In this document: positions 39,180 through 50,134 of the stretch, in pieces
How the letters are laid out: the number at the start of each line of letters is the position of its first letter
How positions within the stretch are numbered: the first letter of the stretch is position 1
Source: an uncultured Clostridia bacterium
GTDB lineage: Bacteria; Bacillota; Clostridia; TANB77; CAG-508
Length of the DNA: 64,000 nucleotides
NCBI GenBank assembly: GCA_944388795.1
Contig: CALXKD010000005.1
Coordinates: 4,863 to 68,862 of the forward strand
Direction of reading: 5' to 3'
Translations under genes and position numbers: made by a program
The notes under the pieces: model-generated
Database searches by the model: none
What the model was told of the DNA's origin: nothing
What the model saw: only the letters and a program-made list of their open reading frames with translations

Positions 39180-42100
39180 ATGAAAAAGAAGGTTTTGAAA
39201 TTAGTAACAGTAGTAGCTTTAATTGCCGTATTAATGTCATTTAATATGGTGCCATTAGGATATAATGTAGTAGTAGCATTAGCAAGTGAGCTAGATGCAC
39301 AAAGTAATAACACAAATATTGCTAATGTTAAATTTGATGCCTATTTTAAAACAGATAGTGGAAATGTACATGCTAAGCAATCAAATATCAGTGACGGTGA
39401 GAATTATTTGTACATCAACATAAATGTTTTAGAAAAAGGTAGTTTGGATAATGCCAAAATAAAAATCAATGATTCTAATTTCAAAATTAAAGGAAATAAC
39501 ATTTCTAATACATATATAAAAAGTGTAAATGTGGAAGCAAATGAAATAGAATTAAATTCTATCATTTATAATAATAATGTAGAAATAGAAATTCCAATTG
39601 AATTTAATAAGGTAAATAATGTGAATGGAACATATTTTTCAAAAGAAACCAATGTTTCATTAGAAGGAACATATAAAGAGGAAGAGGATGAAGAAGCTTT
39701 ACAAGGAAATATTGTTACAAAATTAGAATGGACAGATAATGCAGAAGCAAAACTTTCACAATCTATTGAAAAATGTATAGATTTAGGAGAAAATGGAGTA
39801 TTAATCCAACAACAAATTACAAGTACAATAGACAATGGCAACTTACCAAGAGAATCAGAAGAATTTCATGTGGTAGTTCCTAAAATAGGAGATAATTTAC
39901 CAAATAATATTCAAGTGCTTTCAAATGGAAAGAAACTAAATGATGGTAATATTCAATATGATGCAGAAGCTGGACAATTAAAAATAACAAGAGAGAGTAC
40001 AACAAATGAAGAAGGAAATACAAGTTGGGATAGCGGTATAGATGAATATAAAGTTATATATACTTATGATAAAGCTGTAAAGGAAAATGTAAGTACCATT
40101 CATTTAAAAACAGAGATGAATAGTAAACTGTTTACAAAAGAAAATAACCAAAAAATAGATGAACAAGATGTAACACTAGAATTTAAAGGAAATGTGGTAA
40201 GCAGTAAGAAAAGTACAACACAAGAGGTATATAAAGGATATTTATATGCAAATTCTGCAAACGAAACGATATTTAGAGAAAATAATGTTATAGAAATATC
40301 AAAAGCAGAGGTTATTGATTATATAAAAGCAAGTACCAATAATTCACATTTTGTTGGAAGTGAAGAAAATGCATATGATGCAAATAGTATTGTTTTATAT
40401 AAAGAAACATTGATTAATAAAAACAGATTTATAGAATTATTTGGTGAGAATGGATATTTAGATATCAAGGATGCAAATGGAAATGTAATAGCAACGGTTA
40501 ATAATCAATCAGAAACAAGTGAAGACGGAAATGTACATATTACATATGCACAACCTTTAACAGGAATATATATTGAAACATCAAAACCAATAAAAGAAGG
40601 ACAATTCACAATTCATCATGTAAAATGTATACAAGGAAATACAGGATATGCAAAAAATCAATTAAAAACATTTACAAGATTAAACACAAATGAAGTTGTT
40701 GAGACAAATTTAGGATTAGACCAAACAGAGGCAAATATCAATTTATTAGACACTGTAACAGAAGCAAGATTAGAGGTTAATAATACAAATTTATCTACAT
40801 TACAAAAAAATGAAAATGTTCAATTTACCATAACTTTAAAAACAGCATCTGAAAAATATGACTTATTTAAAAATCCAGTAATTGAACTTACATTACCAAG
40901 TAGTATTTCTAACATAGATGTAAAATCAGTTAATAAAGTTTATGCAGATGAATTTAATATAGAATATGCTAGATTGAGAGATGGAGCTAATGGAGAAAAA
41001 GTGATTCAAATTGCATTATCAGGACAACAAAGTGATTATTCTAAGGAAATAAATGAATTAGCAATCGTTATTAATGCAGATATAGAATTTAGTGTCTTAA
41101 CAGCTAGTCAAAAATCTAATATTGCAATGTCATATACAAATGAAAATGGAAATGAAGCAAGTTATCAAACTTCTGTGGATATTAATATAGAATCAAAACC
41201 AGGTATGATGATATATAATAATCTATCAGGATTTAATACAGCAGGAGATTCTATTTATACAATAGATGATAATATTCCAATGGGAGTATTAGATATAGAA
41301 GGCGGAGCTATGACAGCCAGAGCAAGTACAGCAATTATTAATAATTATGATATAGAAATAAAAGATGTTGTAATTATTGGTAGAATACCTAAAAAAGGTG
41401 TTTATGATGGAACTCTAGATACAACATTAGTTGGAGGAATTCGTACAAATGTTAGTGGTATTGAAATCTTATATTCACAAAATATAGCAGCAACACAAGA
41501 TGATGGATCTTGGAGTACAGATTATACAAATGCCGCTTCATATATGATAAGACTAGATAGTGTGGCAGCAGGACAAGCTATAGCACTTCAATATGAAATA
41601 GGAATACCAGAAAATATTGGATATGGACAAAGTATATATGCACAAACAAATACAACATATACGTATTTAGGAAATGTGAACACACAAACTTCTACAATTG
41701 GTGCAAAATCAGAAAATGTAATTACCAATAATATATTAGCGTTAGCAAGTACAACGCAAACTGAACAAAATGGATTAGGAATTGCCATATCTGCTGTATC
41801 TGGAGGAAGTGAATTAGAAGAGGGAACTCCTGTATATGAAGGACAAATGATTACTTATACAATGCAAATAACTAATCATACAGGAAGTGACTTACATAAT
41901 GTAAATATAAAAGCAACACAAACAAATGGACATCTTTATGATTTAATTGAAGAAGAAGCATTTGATCCTAATGCTCAGGAAGAAACAGAAGGAATATATC
42001 ATAAATATGCGGAATTAGATACAAATGAAAAAACATTTGATACAATAGATACTTTAGCAAATGGAGAAAGTGTGATTTTACAATATAATAGTATCGTTTT

Positions 42101-44588
42101 AGAAACAGAGGATGAGTCAGCACAAACAAATGGAAGTATCAATATACAAGCAGATGGACTAGATGGAACAACAATCAATACAATAACAAATCCTATAAAA
42201 CAGGCTGAAATAAAAGCGATTATGCAAAATCCTTTCTACGAAGAAGAACAGTTATATATTGGAAGAAGTATACATATGAACTTAGAAATAGAAAATATAT
42301 CTGGAAATAAATTACAAAATGTAAAAGGAACAATACAATTACCAGATGGTGTTCATGTAAATGATGCTTCAGATTTGATATGGGGGACAACTATTGTAGA
42401 GGGAGAGAGTTTAAATCTTACAGAAGATAAAGTAACGAATCGTACATATAATCAAGAAAATAATACACTAACATTTGAGATTCCTAGTATGGAAGCTGGA
42501 GAAGTTACAACACTAGAGTTATATGTTCAAATTGATAGTTTTGAAGGAATAGAAAAGGACTATACATTTATGTATCAAATGGAAGGACAAAATGTATATG
42601 TGTCAAATATGGCTACATTAAAAATTTTAAATACACAAAGAAATATAGTTGCAGAACAAACTGCTAATATAGATGATAATGTAGGATTAAAATCCGATCA
42701 ACTATTTGAAATTACAACAAGAATTGAAAACAATGATTCAGAGGATTTACATTTTCAATTTTCTGATGCTCTTCCAGAGGGATTTACAGCACAAGGAGGA
42801 ATTGTTAGATATCAAGGACAGGAAACAGAAATACCAATTCTTAGTGAATTTGAAAGTACACAAGATTTTATAATATTCGAAAATATTCTATCAGGCGAAA
42901 TGACTATACCAGCAGGTGAAAGTGTAGAAATTGTATTAACAATATTGGCTGAAACAGAATATATAACAGAAGATACAATTACGAATACAATGGATATTGT
43001 CTATGGAAAACTAAATGAAGACAGTCAGGTTTATCAATATGAATGGACTGGTACAATGCAAGCAAGTAAAGAATATACAATTGCTTCATCAGATGAAAAT
43101 GAAAATGAAAATTGGGTAGAAGTCATACAAACAGGAAATCCAGAAAATAATACAGTATTAGAAAATGGACAAGACATAACTTATACATTTGAAATAAAAA
43201 ATACAAGAGATTATGAAATTGTGACAACAATATATGACTATATTCCAAAAGGAATTACAGTAGAATCTGTAACATTTAATGGAGAACAGCTATCAGCAGG
43301 AGATGTCTACATCGAGGGACATAGAATGGCTGCAAATTCAACCTCAACACTAGAGATAAAAGCATATGCAGATATTGCGCAATTAACCAATACAGATTTA
43401 GTGAATAATTTAACTGTTTCAACTGTTGTAGGAGATGTAATTTCAAATGATATTACTTATAAAGTCGTTTCAGAAGAAACGCCAACAGATCCAGAAAATC
43501 CAAATCCAGATAATCCAGAAGATCCAAATAACCCAGAAGATCCAAATAATCCAAACAATCCAAACAATCCAGGTCAAAATCAATACACAATTAGTGGTAC
43601 AGCATGGATAGATAGCAATCGTGATGGAAAAAGAGATGCTTCAGAAGCTGTATTATCAGGAGTAGGAGTCAGGGTAGTAGATGCTGATCAGGGAACATAT
43701 GTAGATAATGCTAATACAACGACTTCATCAAATGGACAATATCAAATAACAGTAGGAAATGGTAACTATATATTAGTATTTGCATATGACACCGGAAGAT
43801 ATAATCTTACAGAATATAGAAAAGAAGGCGTAGAGGAAAGTCAAAACTCAGATGTTATCAGCAGAAATGTAACAATTGATGGAACTAACAGTACACTTGG
43901 AGCAACAGATGTTATTAGTGTAAATTCAGGAAATATAACTAATATAGATATTGGATTAATCGAAGCTTCAACATTTGATTTAGAATTAGACAAATATGTA
44001 AGCGAAGTTATTGTACAAACTAACAGAAGTACAACACAATATGGATACAATGATCAAAATCTAGTAAAAGTAGAGATACCAGCAAGAGAATTAAACAATG
44101 CAACAGTCATTATACGATATACAATCAAAATTACAAATGTAGGAGAAGTTGCAGGATATGTACAAAACATTGTAGATTATATACCATCTGACTTAAGCTT
44201 TAGTTCAGAACTAAATTCAGATTGGTATCAAGTAAATGCAAATTTACAAAATAATAGCTTGTCAAATACAGCTATAGCACCAGGTCAAATGCAAACAGTA
44301 GACTTAGTTTTAGTAAAAACAATGAATAATGATAATACAGGAACAGTGATTAATATAGCAGAAATTGGAGAGGCATCTAATACCTTAGATTTGAGTGATA
44401 CAGACTCAACACCAGGAAATAACAATGCTTCTGAGGATGATTACGGAAGAGCAGAAGTTATCATCAGTGTAGGAACAGGTGGCGTAATTATATTTGTATC
44501 AATCATATTCATGATATTGATATTAACAGGATTAAGTGTATTTATCATTAATAAAAAAGTATTAAAAAAAGATGAGATAGATTTTTAA
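39180..44588 (+). CDS. giant surface protein A2 (1802 aa), paralogue of A1
   Basis: Signal peptide. Architecture colinear with A1, including ISGTAWIDSNRDGKRDASE (SdrD-B-like) and LELDKYVSEVIVQ...TNVGEVAGYVQNIVDYIPSDLSFSSELNSDWY. Pro/Asn linker. VGTGG, TM helix, basic tail. Confidence 0.85.
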   Translation: MKKKVLKLVTVVALIAVLMSFNMVPLGYNVVVALASELDAQSNNTNIANVKFDAYFKTDSGNVHAKQSNISDGENYLYININVLEKGSLDNAKIKINDSNFKIKGNNISNTYIKSVNVEANEIELNSIIYNNNVEIEIPIEFNKVNNVNGTYFSKETNVSLEGTYKEEEDEEALQGNIVTKLEWTDNAEAKLSQSIEKCIDLGENGVLIQQQITSTIDNGNLPRESEEFHVVVPKIGDNLPNNIQVLSNGKKLNDGNIQYDAEAGQLKITRESTTNEEGNTSWDSGIDEYKVIYTYDKAVKENVSTIHLKTEMNSKLFTKENNQKIDEQDVTLEFKGNVVSSKKSTTQEVYKGYLYANSANETIFRENNVIEISKAEVIDYIKASTNNSHFVGSEENAYDANSIVLYKETLINKNRFIELFGENGYLDIKDANGNVIATVNNQSETSEDGNVHITYAQPLTGIYIETSKPIKEGQFTIHHVKCIQGNTGYAKNQLKTFTRLNTNEVVETNLGLDQTEANINLLDTVTEARLEVNNTNLSTLQKNENVQFTITLKTASEKYDLFKNPVIELTLPSSISNIDVKSVNKVYADEFNIEYARLRDGANGEKVIQIALSGQQSDYSKEINELAIVINADIEFSVLTASQKSNIAMSYTNENGNEASYQTSVDINIESKPGMMIYNNLSGFNTAGDSIYTIDDNIPMGVLDIEGGAMTARASTAIINNYDIEIKDVVIIGRIPKKGVYDGTLDTTLVGGIRTNVSGIEILYSQNIAATQDDGSWSTDYTNAASYMIRLDSVAAGQAIALQYEIGIPENIGYGQSIYAQTNTTYTYLGNVNTQTSTIGAKSENVITNNILALASTTQTEQNGLGIAISAVSGGSELEEGTPVYEGQMITYTMQITNHTGSDLHNVNIKATQTNGHLYDLIEEEAFDPNAQEETEGIYHKYAELDTNEKTFDTIDTLANGESVILQYNSIVLETEDESAQTNGSINIQADGLDGTTINTITNPIKQAEIKAIMQNPFYEEEQLYIGRSIHMNLEIENISGNKLQNVKGTIQLPDGVHVNDASDLIWGTTIVEGESLNLTEDKVTNRTYNQENNTLTFEIPSMEAGEVTTLELYVQIDSFEGIEKDYTFMYQMEGQNVYVSNMATLKILNTQRNIVAEQTANIDDNVGLKSDQLFEITTRIENNDSEDLHFQFSDALPEGFTAQGGIVRYQGQETEIPILSEFESTQDFIIFENILSGEMTIPAGESVEIVLTILAETEYITEDTITNTMDIVYGKLNEDSQVYQYEWTGTMQASKEYTIASSDENENENWVEVIQTGNPENNTVLENGQDITYTFEIKNTRDYEIVTTIYDYIPKGITVESVTFNGEQLSAGDVYIEGHRMAANSTSTLEIKAYADIAQLTNTDLVNNLTVSTVVGDVISNDITYKVVSEETPTDPENPNPDNPEDPNNPEDPNNPNNPNNPGQNQYTISGTAWIDSNRDGKRDASEAVLSGVGVRVVDADQGTYVDNANTTTSSNGQYQITVGNGNYILVFAYDTGRYNLTEYRKEGVEESQNSDVISRNVTIDGTNSTLGATDVISVNSGNITNIDIGLIEASTFDLELDKYVSEVIVQTNRSTTQYGYNDQNLVKVEIPARELNNATVIIRYTIKITNVGEVAGYVQNIVDYIPSDLSFSSELNSDWYQVNANLQNNSLSNTAIAPGQMQTVDLVLVKTMNNDNTGTVINIAEIGEASNTLDLSDTDSTPGNNNASEDDYGRAEVIISVGTGGVIIFVSIIFMILILTGLSVFIINKKVLKKDEIDF
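43482..43574 (+). repeat. short in-frame tandem repeats encoding a Pro/Asn/Asp/Glu linker in A2
   Basis: ccagaagatccaaataa[c/t] twice (43515-43550) followed by ccaaacaat twice (43551-43568). Encodes PTDPENPNPDNPEDPNNPEDPNNPNNPNNPG. Confidence 0.7.
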
Positions 44589-44609
44589 GGAAAGGAGGGG
44601 AGAACATAC

Positions 44610-47600
44610 ATGAAAATAAAAATGAAAACAGAAATCAGTTTTATTATTTCTATTATACTGATTGTTCTACTAGGAGTATTTATATATAAAGTTTCAGGAG
44701 TAGAAGGAGATGACTTAGCTTCATCAGCACAAAATAGTAGTTCACTTTTCTGGAATGATATAAAAATAGGAGATATTGTAAATCAAGAGAATATAGAAAA
44801 TTCTTCACGAAGCCGAAACTGGATATGTTTTAGCCATGAGACACTTAATGGTTTTGGTACGAATAATGAAGTAAAATGTATATTAGATATTAATATGTCT
44901 GAATTAGGGAAATACACAGTACAAATCAAAGGAAAAACAACAGTAAATGATAAGGCATATGGTAATGATAAAAATATAAAAAAATTAGTATATTTACTTT
45001 ATGCAGCTACAGTAGATTCTAGTCCTGGACTAGTAGGTGCAGAAGGTGCAAGTGCTTCAAAGAATGCATTATATTATTTCTTTAACAGTACTAACCTAGA
45101 ATATTTAATAGGTGATTTTAGTAAAAGGAGAACAAGCGAATATACAAGTGAATCAAAATCTGCAGGAGCAACTGTTTTAAAATATGCACAAACATATGCA
45201 GATTCTGAAACAACAGGTTCAAATGCAGAAATAACTAGCAGTAGTGATTCTGGAGCGGAGGTAAAAGTATCTCAGGCATCTAATGGAACTAGTTATAGTT
45301 ATATAGGACCATTTACTATGAAAACAGCAGGAACGATTAGTAGTGTTAGTATTAAAGATGGAAATAGTACACCAGCTGTTGCAGGATATGCTTTGTCAGT
45401 AGGAGGAGATGTAAAAGCTACTTCAGGAATTCCTAGAAATGGTAATAAGTTTTATATTGCAACAACTGCAGTTCTAACGAATTTAAATGTTAATGTAACA
45501 ATAAATACATCAGGAACTGCTGGGGGAGGAACTGTAACAAATCCTGTAACAAAAGCTAAATCAACAGGTTATGTTAGAGGAAGAATTATTTTTATGGGAG
45601 GTACTACAGGACAAGCAACTGCTATATTCAGAGGAGATCCAATTTCAACATCACCAACAAAAGATAGTGTAACATTTACAGCAAAAAACAACTTGGGAAA
45701 AATGGTAATACAAAAAGTAGGAGCATATGCAGGAAATGAAGCTTATGAGAATGTTAGAGATTTTGGATTTAAAGTTTACTATTTAGATGGTTCAACAAAA
45801 AAATATTTAAGAATCAACAATAGTGACACCATTCGTAATCAAGCAACTGTATCAATGGGAGGAAATAGTTCATATGCAGCAAATGCTAATACAGCAACAA
45901 CGATATTTACCTCAAGCAATGGAACGGTTACAATTGATAATATCTCTATTGAATATCAATATTACATAGAAGAATCTAATACAGATGAAACCAATTATAA
46001 TGCAGAAATTATTAGTGCAACTAGTCAAGCAGGAACAGGACAAGTAACAGATCTAAGAATAGATGGAAATACAGCAGGTCCAATTACAGTAACGCTTAAA
46101 GGTGCTAACAATACAGCAACAAAAATTATGTTAAAGGACTATAGAAAAGTAGGATCTTTAACAATAGAAAAAGTCGATCAAGATGACTATAATGTAAAAT
46201 TAGGAAATGTAGAATTTAAACTAAGAAATAAAGACACAGGAAATTATGTAATTGCTGAGAAAACAGGAGATGGACAATATAATATTCCAGATCAATTAAA
46301 AGGTTATACGCCAAATGAAGCAGATGGAACATCTTTTATAACACATCCAACAAACGGAACAATAACCATCAATGGCTTAGATGTTGGTAATTATGAAATT
46401 ATCGAAACAAACAATCCAAATTATGGATATACGGTTTTACCAGAAAATGTTTCAACAACAGTTGTAAATGGAAGTACAACTACAGCAACTGTACAAAATG
46501 AAAAACAAACAGGAAACTTATTTATAGAAAAGAAAGATGCAGATAATGAAGCTGCCAAAATAGGTGGTATCAGCTTTAGAATAAGAAAGAGTGTATCTGC
46601 TGAAGATCAAGCAGCTCTTGCAGATTTTGTTGAAGGAAAAGGTGACGTAAATAATAATGGATATCTAGAGGAAGAGGATTTAAAACTTGTATTAAGACAT
46701 GTTACAGAAAAATTAGAACTTACCTCTGAGCAACGAAATGCAGCAGATGTTAATGGAGATGGACAAGTTAATGTAGCAGATTTACGTTTATTAACGAGAA
46801 AAATACAAAGCGGTGGATATGTTGTTGGAATGCAAAGTGATAGCTCAGGAAACCTAACATCAATTACAACAGCAACAGGCACTGTACATTTTGATAGTAT
46901 GACAACTACAAATAATCCAGATGAAGCAACTACATTTGTAACAGATGCAGAAGGATTAATAAAAATATATAATATATTAATTGGTAATTACGTAGTAGAA
47001 GAGATTTCTGTAGGAGATAATTTTGGTTATGATATAGATCCAAACTTTATTTCTTGGGAAGTAACCAATAGTGATGGAACAAAAACGACTGTAAATCTAT
47101 CAACATCAGCAACAATAGAGGTAACAAGACAAAAATCTACAGATACCAACAGTACAGCAGCGCAAAATGGAACAGGAAGCGCAAGTGAAATGACGAATAA
47201 AAACAGAAGAAAATATATCAAAGTAAGTGGATATGCTTGGGAAGATAAGACAGATGGAAAAGGAAGTCAAAAAGATTATCAATGGACTGATGGAACAGAA
47301 GATAGAAGATTACAATATATCACAGTTACTTTGAAGAATGCAGATGGAATAGTATTAGATACAAGAGTAACAAATGCAAATGGTGAATATAACTTTGGTA
47401 ACTATGATGAGGATTCTAGTGCTATTAAACTAGAAATAGATGAATTACCAGGAGCTTATATAGAATTTGAGTATAATGGTATGAGTTATCAATCAATACC
47501 AATCAATTCTGAATTCGGAATGATATCTGCTACGAATACAGGTGGATTAAATACAGCAAATATTATTAGTGGTACAAAAAATAGTGCAACAGATGAAGCA

Positions 47601-50093
47601 TTAAGAGATGCATTTAATAATAATTATGCAACGATTCGTAAAGGAATTTCTCAAAATACACAAGATCAAAAAGTATATGATATACAATATACATATAGTG
47701 ATTATAAAAGTACAGTGGTTTATGGGGATTCTGTAAATTATGGATATGAAGGTCAAAGATATCCAATATCAGGTGTATATGACCAATATGAGATAACAGC
47801 AGTAACAAATGCAAATGAGAATAATGCACTATGTACACAATATACAACACAAGATATTAGACAAAATAGTGTATTAGAAATAGCTGGTATCAACTTAGGT
47901 GTAGAAGAAAGAGAAATGCCAGATCTAAACCTATCAAAACAAGACCTTGAAAAAATAGAAGTACAGCTTAATGATTATACACATACATATAAATATGGAC
48001 AGGTATCAGCAGACCCTGATGGATTTGCAGGAGGAGATGTATCTAATATAGCAGTTAGATTTGCTAGTAAATATTTTGAAAGCTCATATACAAGAGAAAT
48101 CTACACAGCAGATGTTGTATATAACAAGCAACCAGGAAATGAAGGTAAACTAAAAATGTATATGACCTATAAGATAGAAATAACAAATGAAGCAACAAGT
48201 CTAAATAGTACAGTAAAAACAATAGCAAATTATTATGATGCTAGATATGAGAATATGGTTATTACAGATGAAAATGGAAATACAATTGATTATCAAATTG
48301 ATGATAGCTATAATGTTAATGGCTTGAAGAAAATGGAGATATATGTAAATCAACAATTGGCAGCACAAACTTTAAAAACAATTACGATTCGTTATCAATT
48401 AAATAATGATGCAATAAATGCATTATTAAATGGAGAAACAACATTGGATTCTATTAGTGAAATAACAGGATATTCAACATATATGGATAATACATTTACA
48501 ACTCCTTATGCAGGAATAGATGTGGACTCTGCACCAGATACTGTAATACCAGGAGATAGATCAACTTATGAGGATGATACAAACTGGGCACCATCATTAA
48601 TTATTGTACTTAAAGAAGGAAGAATTATACAAGGTACAGTTTGGGAGGATGCACCAATAGAAGACTTACTAGAGGGAACAGGATATGATAAACAAAGAAT
48701 TGGTGATGGACAATATCAATCAAGTGAAAATATTGTTAATAATGTTAAAGTTGATTTAATGTTAATTGATGAATCTGGAAATCTAACATTGGCAAAATTG
48801 TATAAGAGAGATGAAACTGTAGTAGATGCAACAACAACAACTAGCGGAAAAGGTGAATATAGTTTTGTAGGTGTAGAACCAGGAAATTATGTCATAAGAT
48901 ATACTTATGGAGATAATAGTGTCATTTGTGATGCAGAAGGTAATGAAATAAAAAATGTAGATGCTGATATTTATAAATCAACAATCTATAGAGGTGGAAA
49001 TAAAGACGCAGTAAATAGCATGACAGACTACTGGTATAGAGGAGAAACTAGTCATGAGGGTGCTATTAGACTATCAGATGCAAAGGATAATGAGGAATTT
49101 GTAAATGATAGAATCACAGAAGAAGAAGTAAATTATGAAACCGTAACAGGTAGAATGCAATTAACAGAAATCAGTGCAGATACTAGAAAATTTGATATAA
49201 AATTGGATTATGATATCAATTTAGACAATATTAGTGAATATGGTGTAGACTTGAAATTTGTCTTTGATAATATTGACTTTGGTATTATAGAAAGACCAAG
49301 ACAATCATTACAGATAGATAAAGAGATAGGCTATTTACAATTAACATTAGCTAATGGTGTCAACACAATTAATGGTGATCCAAGAAGTCAAAACTTATCA
49401 GGTGTTGTTGCATTACCAGATGGTAATATACATATAGAGGTTGACAATGAAATTATACAAGGTGCAACATTAAAAGTAACTTATGAAATTACTGTAGATA
49501 ATAGTAATTGTGAGATAGACTATAATGATGAGGATTACTATATTTATGGAACTGTTCCAGCAAACAAAGAGGAAGTATTCAAAATTGCAACAGTTGTAGA
49601 TATGTTTGACTATTTACCAGAAGATGTTGTATTAGAATCAACTGACGGTAATAACTGGGAAAGAATAACAATATCAGAGGATATGAAGGGAACACTTCTT
49701 CAAAATGAGGTATATGATGTTGTAAGAAACTTACAAAATGTTATACACTTAAAAAATCCAGTATTTGAAAATATGCAACCAGGCTCAGAGGCCGTAGATA
49801 CAAGTATGGTGGTAACAAAACAATTATCTGTTTCATCAGATGATTTGGTATATGAAAATGACGTAGAGGTTGTAAAATTAAAAGGAAGAAAAACAATTGA
49901 TTCAATTCCAGGAAACTATGATCCTACTACAAATACGCCAGATGAATATGATGATGATAGAGTAGAATTGACTATTACAGGACCAACTGGTGAAAACAGA
50001 CAATATATCATATATGGAGCAATAGGAATTGGTATGTTAATCATTGTTGGAATAGGTATTGTTATCATAAAAAGAAAAATCTTAAAAAAATAA
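44610..50093 (+). CDS. giant surface adhesin B2 (1827 aa), paralogue of B1 with degenerate thioester motif and an embedded dockerin-like module
   Basis: TM/signal anchor. ICFSHE (Cys73) but SKNALYY in place of TQxAIW. Two CnaB/SpaA-type domains (NYEIIETNNPNYGY). Regions colinear with B1 (NEATSLNSTVKTIANYYD; GIDVDSAPDTVIPGDRSTYEDDT). GPTGE, TM helix, KRKILKK tail. AAAGGAGGGG RBS 21 nt after A2. Confidence 0.85.
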   Translation: MKIKMKTEISFIISIILIVLLGVFIYKVSGVEGDDLASSAQNSSSLFWNDIKIGDIVNQENIENSSRSRNWICFSHETLNGFGTNNEVKCILDINMSELGKYTVQIKGKTTVNDKAYGNDKNIKKLVYLLYAATVDSSPGLVGAEGASASKNALYYFFNSTNLEYLIGDFSKRRTSEYTSESKSAGATVLKYAQTYADSETTGSNAEITSSSDSGAEVKVSQASNGTSYSYIGPFTMKTAGTISSVSIKDGNSTPAVAGYALSVGGDVKATSGIPRNGNKFYIATTAVLTNLNVNVTINTSGTAGGGTVTNPVTKAKSTGYVRGRIIFMGGTTGQATAIFRGDPISTSPTKDSVTFTAKNNLGKMVIQKVGAYAGNEAYENVRDFGFKVYYLDGSTKKYLRINNSDTIRNQATVSMGGNSSYAANANTATTIFTSSNGTVTIDNISIEYQYYIEESNTDETNYNAEIISATSQAGTGQVTDLRIDGNTAGPITVTLKGANNTATKIMLKDYRKVGSLTIEKVDQDDYNVKLGNVEFKLRNKDTGNYVIAEKTGDGQYNIPDQLKGYTPNEADGTSFITHPTNGTITINGLDVGNYEIIETNNPNYGYTVLPENVSTTVVNGSTTTATVQNEKQTGNLFIEKKDADNEAAKIGGISFRIRKSVSAEDQAALADFVEGKGDVNNNGYLEEEDLKLVLRHVTEKLELTSEQRNAADVNGDGQVNVADLRLLTRKIQSGGYVVGMQSDSSGNLTSITTATGTVHFDSMTTTNNPDEATTFVTDAEGLIKIYNILIGNYVVEEISVGDNFGYDIDPNFISWEVTNSDGTKTTVNLSTSATIEVTRQKSTDTNSTAAQNGTGSASEMTNKNRRKYIKVSGYAWEDKTDGKGSQKDYQWTDGTEDRRLQYITVTLKNADGIVLDTRVTNANGEYNFGNYDEDSSAIKLEIDELPGAYIEFEYNGMSYQSIPINSEFGMISATNTGGLNTANIISGTKNSATDEALRDAFNNNYATIRKGISQNTQDQKVYDIQYTYSDYKSTVVYGDSVNYGYEGQRYPISGVYDQYEITAVTNANENNALCTQYTTQDIRQNSVLEIAGINLGVEEREMPDLNLSKQDLEKIEVQLNDYTHTYKYGQVSADPDGFAGGDVSNIAVRFASKYFESSYTREIYTADVVYNKQPGNEGKLKMYMTYKIEITNEATSLNSTVKTIANYYDARYENMVITDENGNTIDYQIDDSYNVNGLKKMEIYVNQQLAAQTLKTITIRYQLNNDAINALLNGETTLDSISEITGYSTYMDNTFTTPYAGIDVDSAPDTVIPGDRSTYEDDTNWAPSLIIVLKEGRIIQGTVWEDAPIEDLLEGTGYDKQRIGDGQYQSSENIVNNVKVDLMLIDESGNLTLAKLYKRDETVVDATTTTSGKGEYSFVGVEPGNYVIRYTYGDNSVICDAEGNEIKNVDADIYKSTIYRGGNKDAVNSMTDYWYRGETSHEGAIRLSDAKDNEEFVNDRITEEEVNYETVTGRMQLTEISADTRKFDIKLDYDINLDNISEYGVDLKFVFDNIDFGIIERPRQSLQIDKEIGYLQLTLANGVNTINGDPRSQNLSGVVALPDGNIHIEVDNEIIQGATLKVTYEITVDNSNCEIDYNDEDYYIYGTVPANKEEVFKIATVVDMFDYLPEDVVLESTDGNNWERITISEDMKGTLLQNEVYDVVRNLQNVIHLKNPVFENMQPGSEAVDTSMVVTKQLSVSSDDLVYENDVEVVKLKGRKTIDSIPGNYDPTTNTPDEYDDDRVELTITGPTGENRQYIIYGAIGIGMLIIVGIGIVIIKRKILKK
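46641..46812 (+). other. dockerin type I-like module inside B2
   Basis: Duplicated Ca-loop plus helix: GDVNNNGYLEEEDLKLVLRHV ... ADVNGDGQVNVADLRLLTRKI. It is inserted within the second CnaB-type domain. Confidence 0.6.
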
Positions 50094-50134
50094 AACAATA
50101 AACTTGAAAAAATAAAATCATAAAAAAGTTTAAA

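Noticed and set aside
29958-50093. Canonical LPXTG sorting motifs, a pilin YPK motif, a sortase gene, or a cohesin module within or beside the adhesin island.
   Set aside because: I searched the translated ORFs by eye and found none. I therefore do not call the locus a sortase-dependent pilus operon or a cellulosome-like scaffold.
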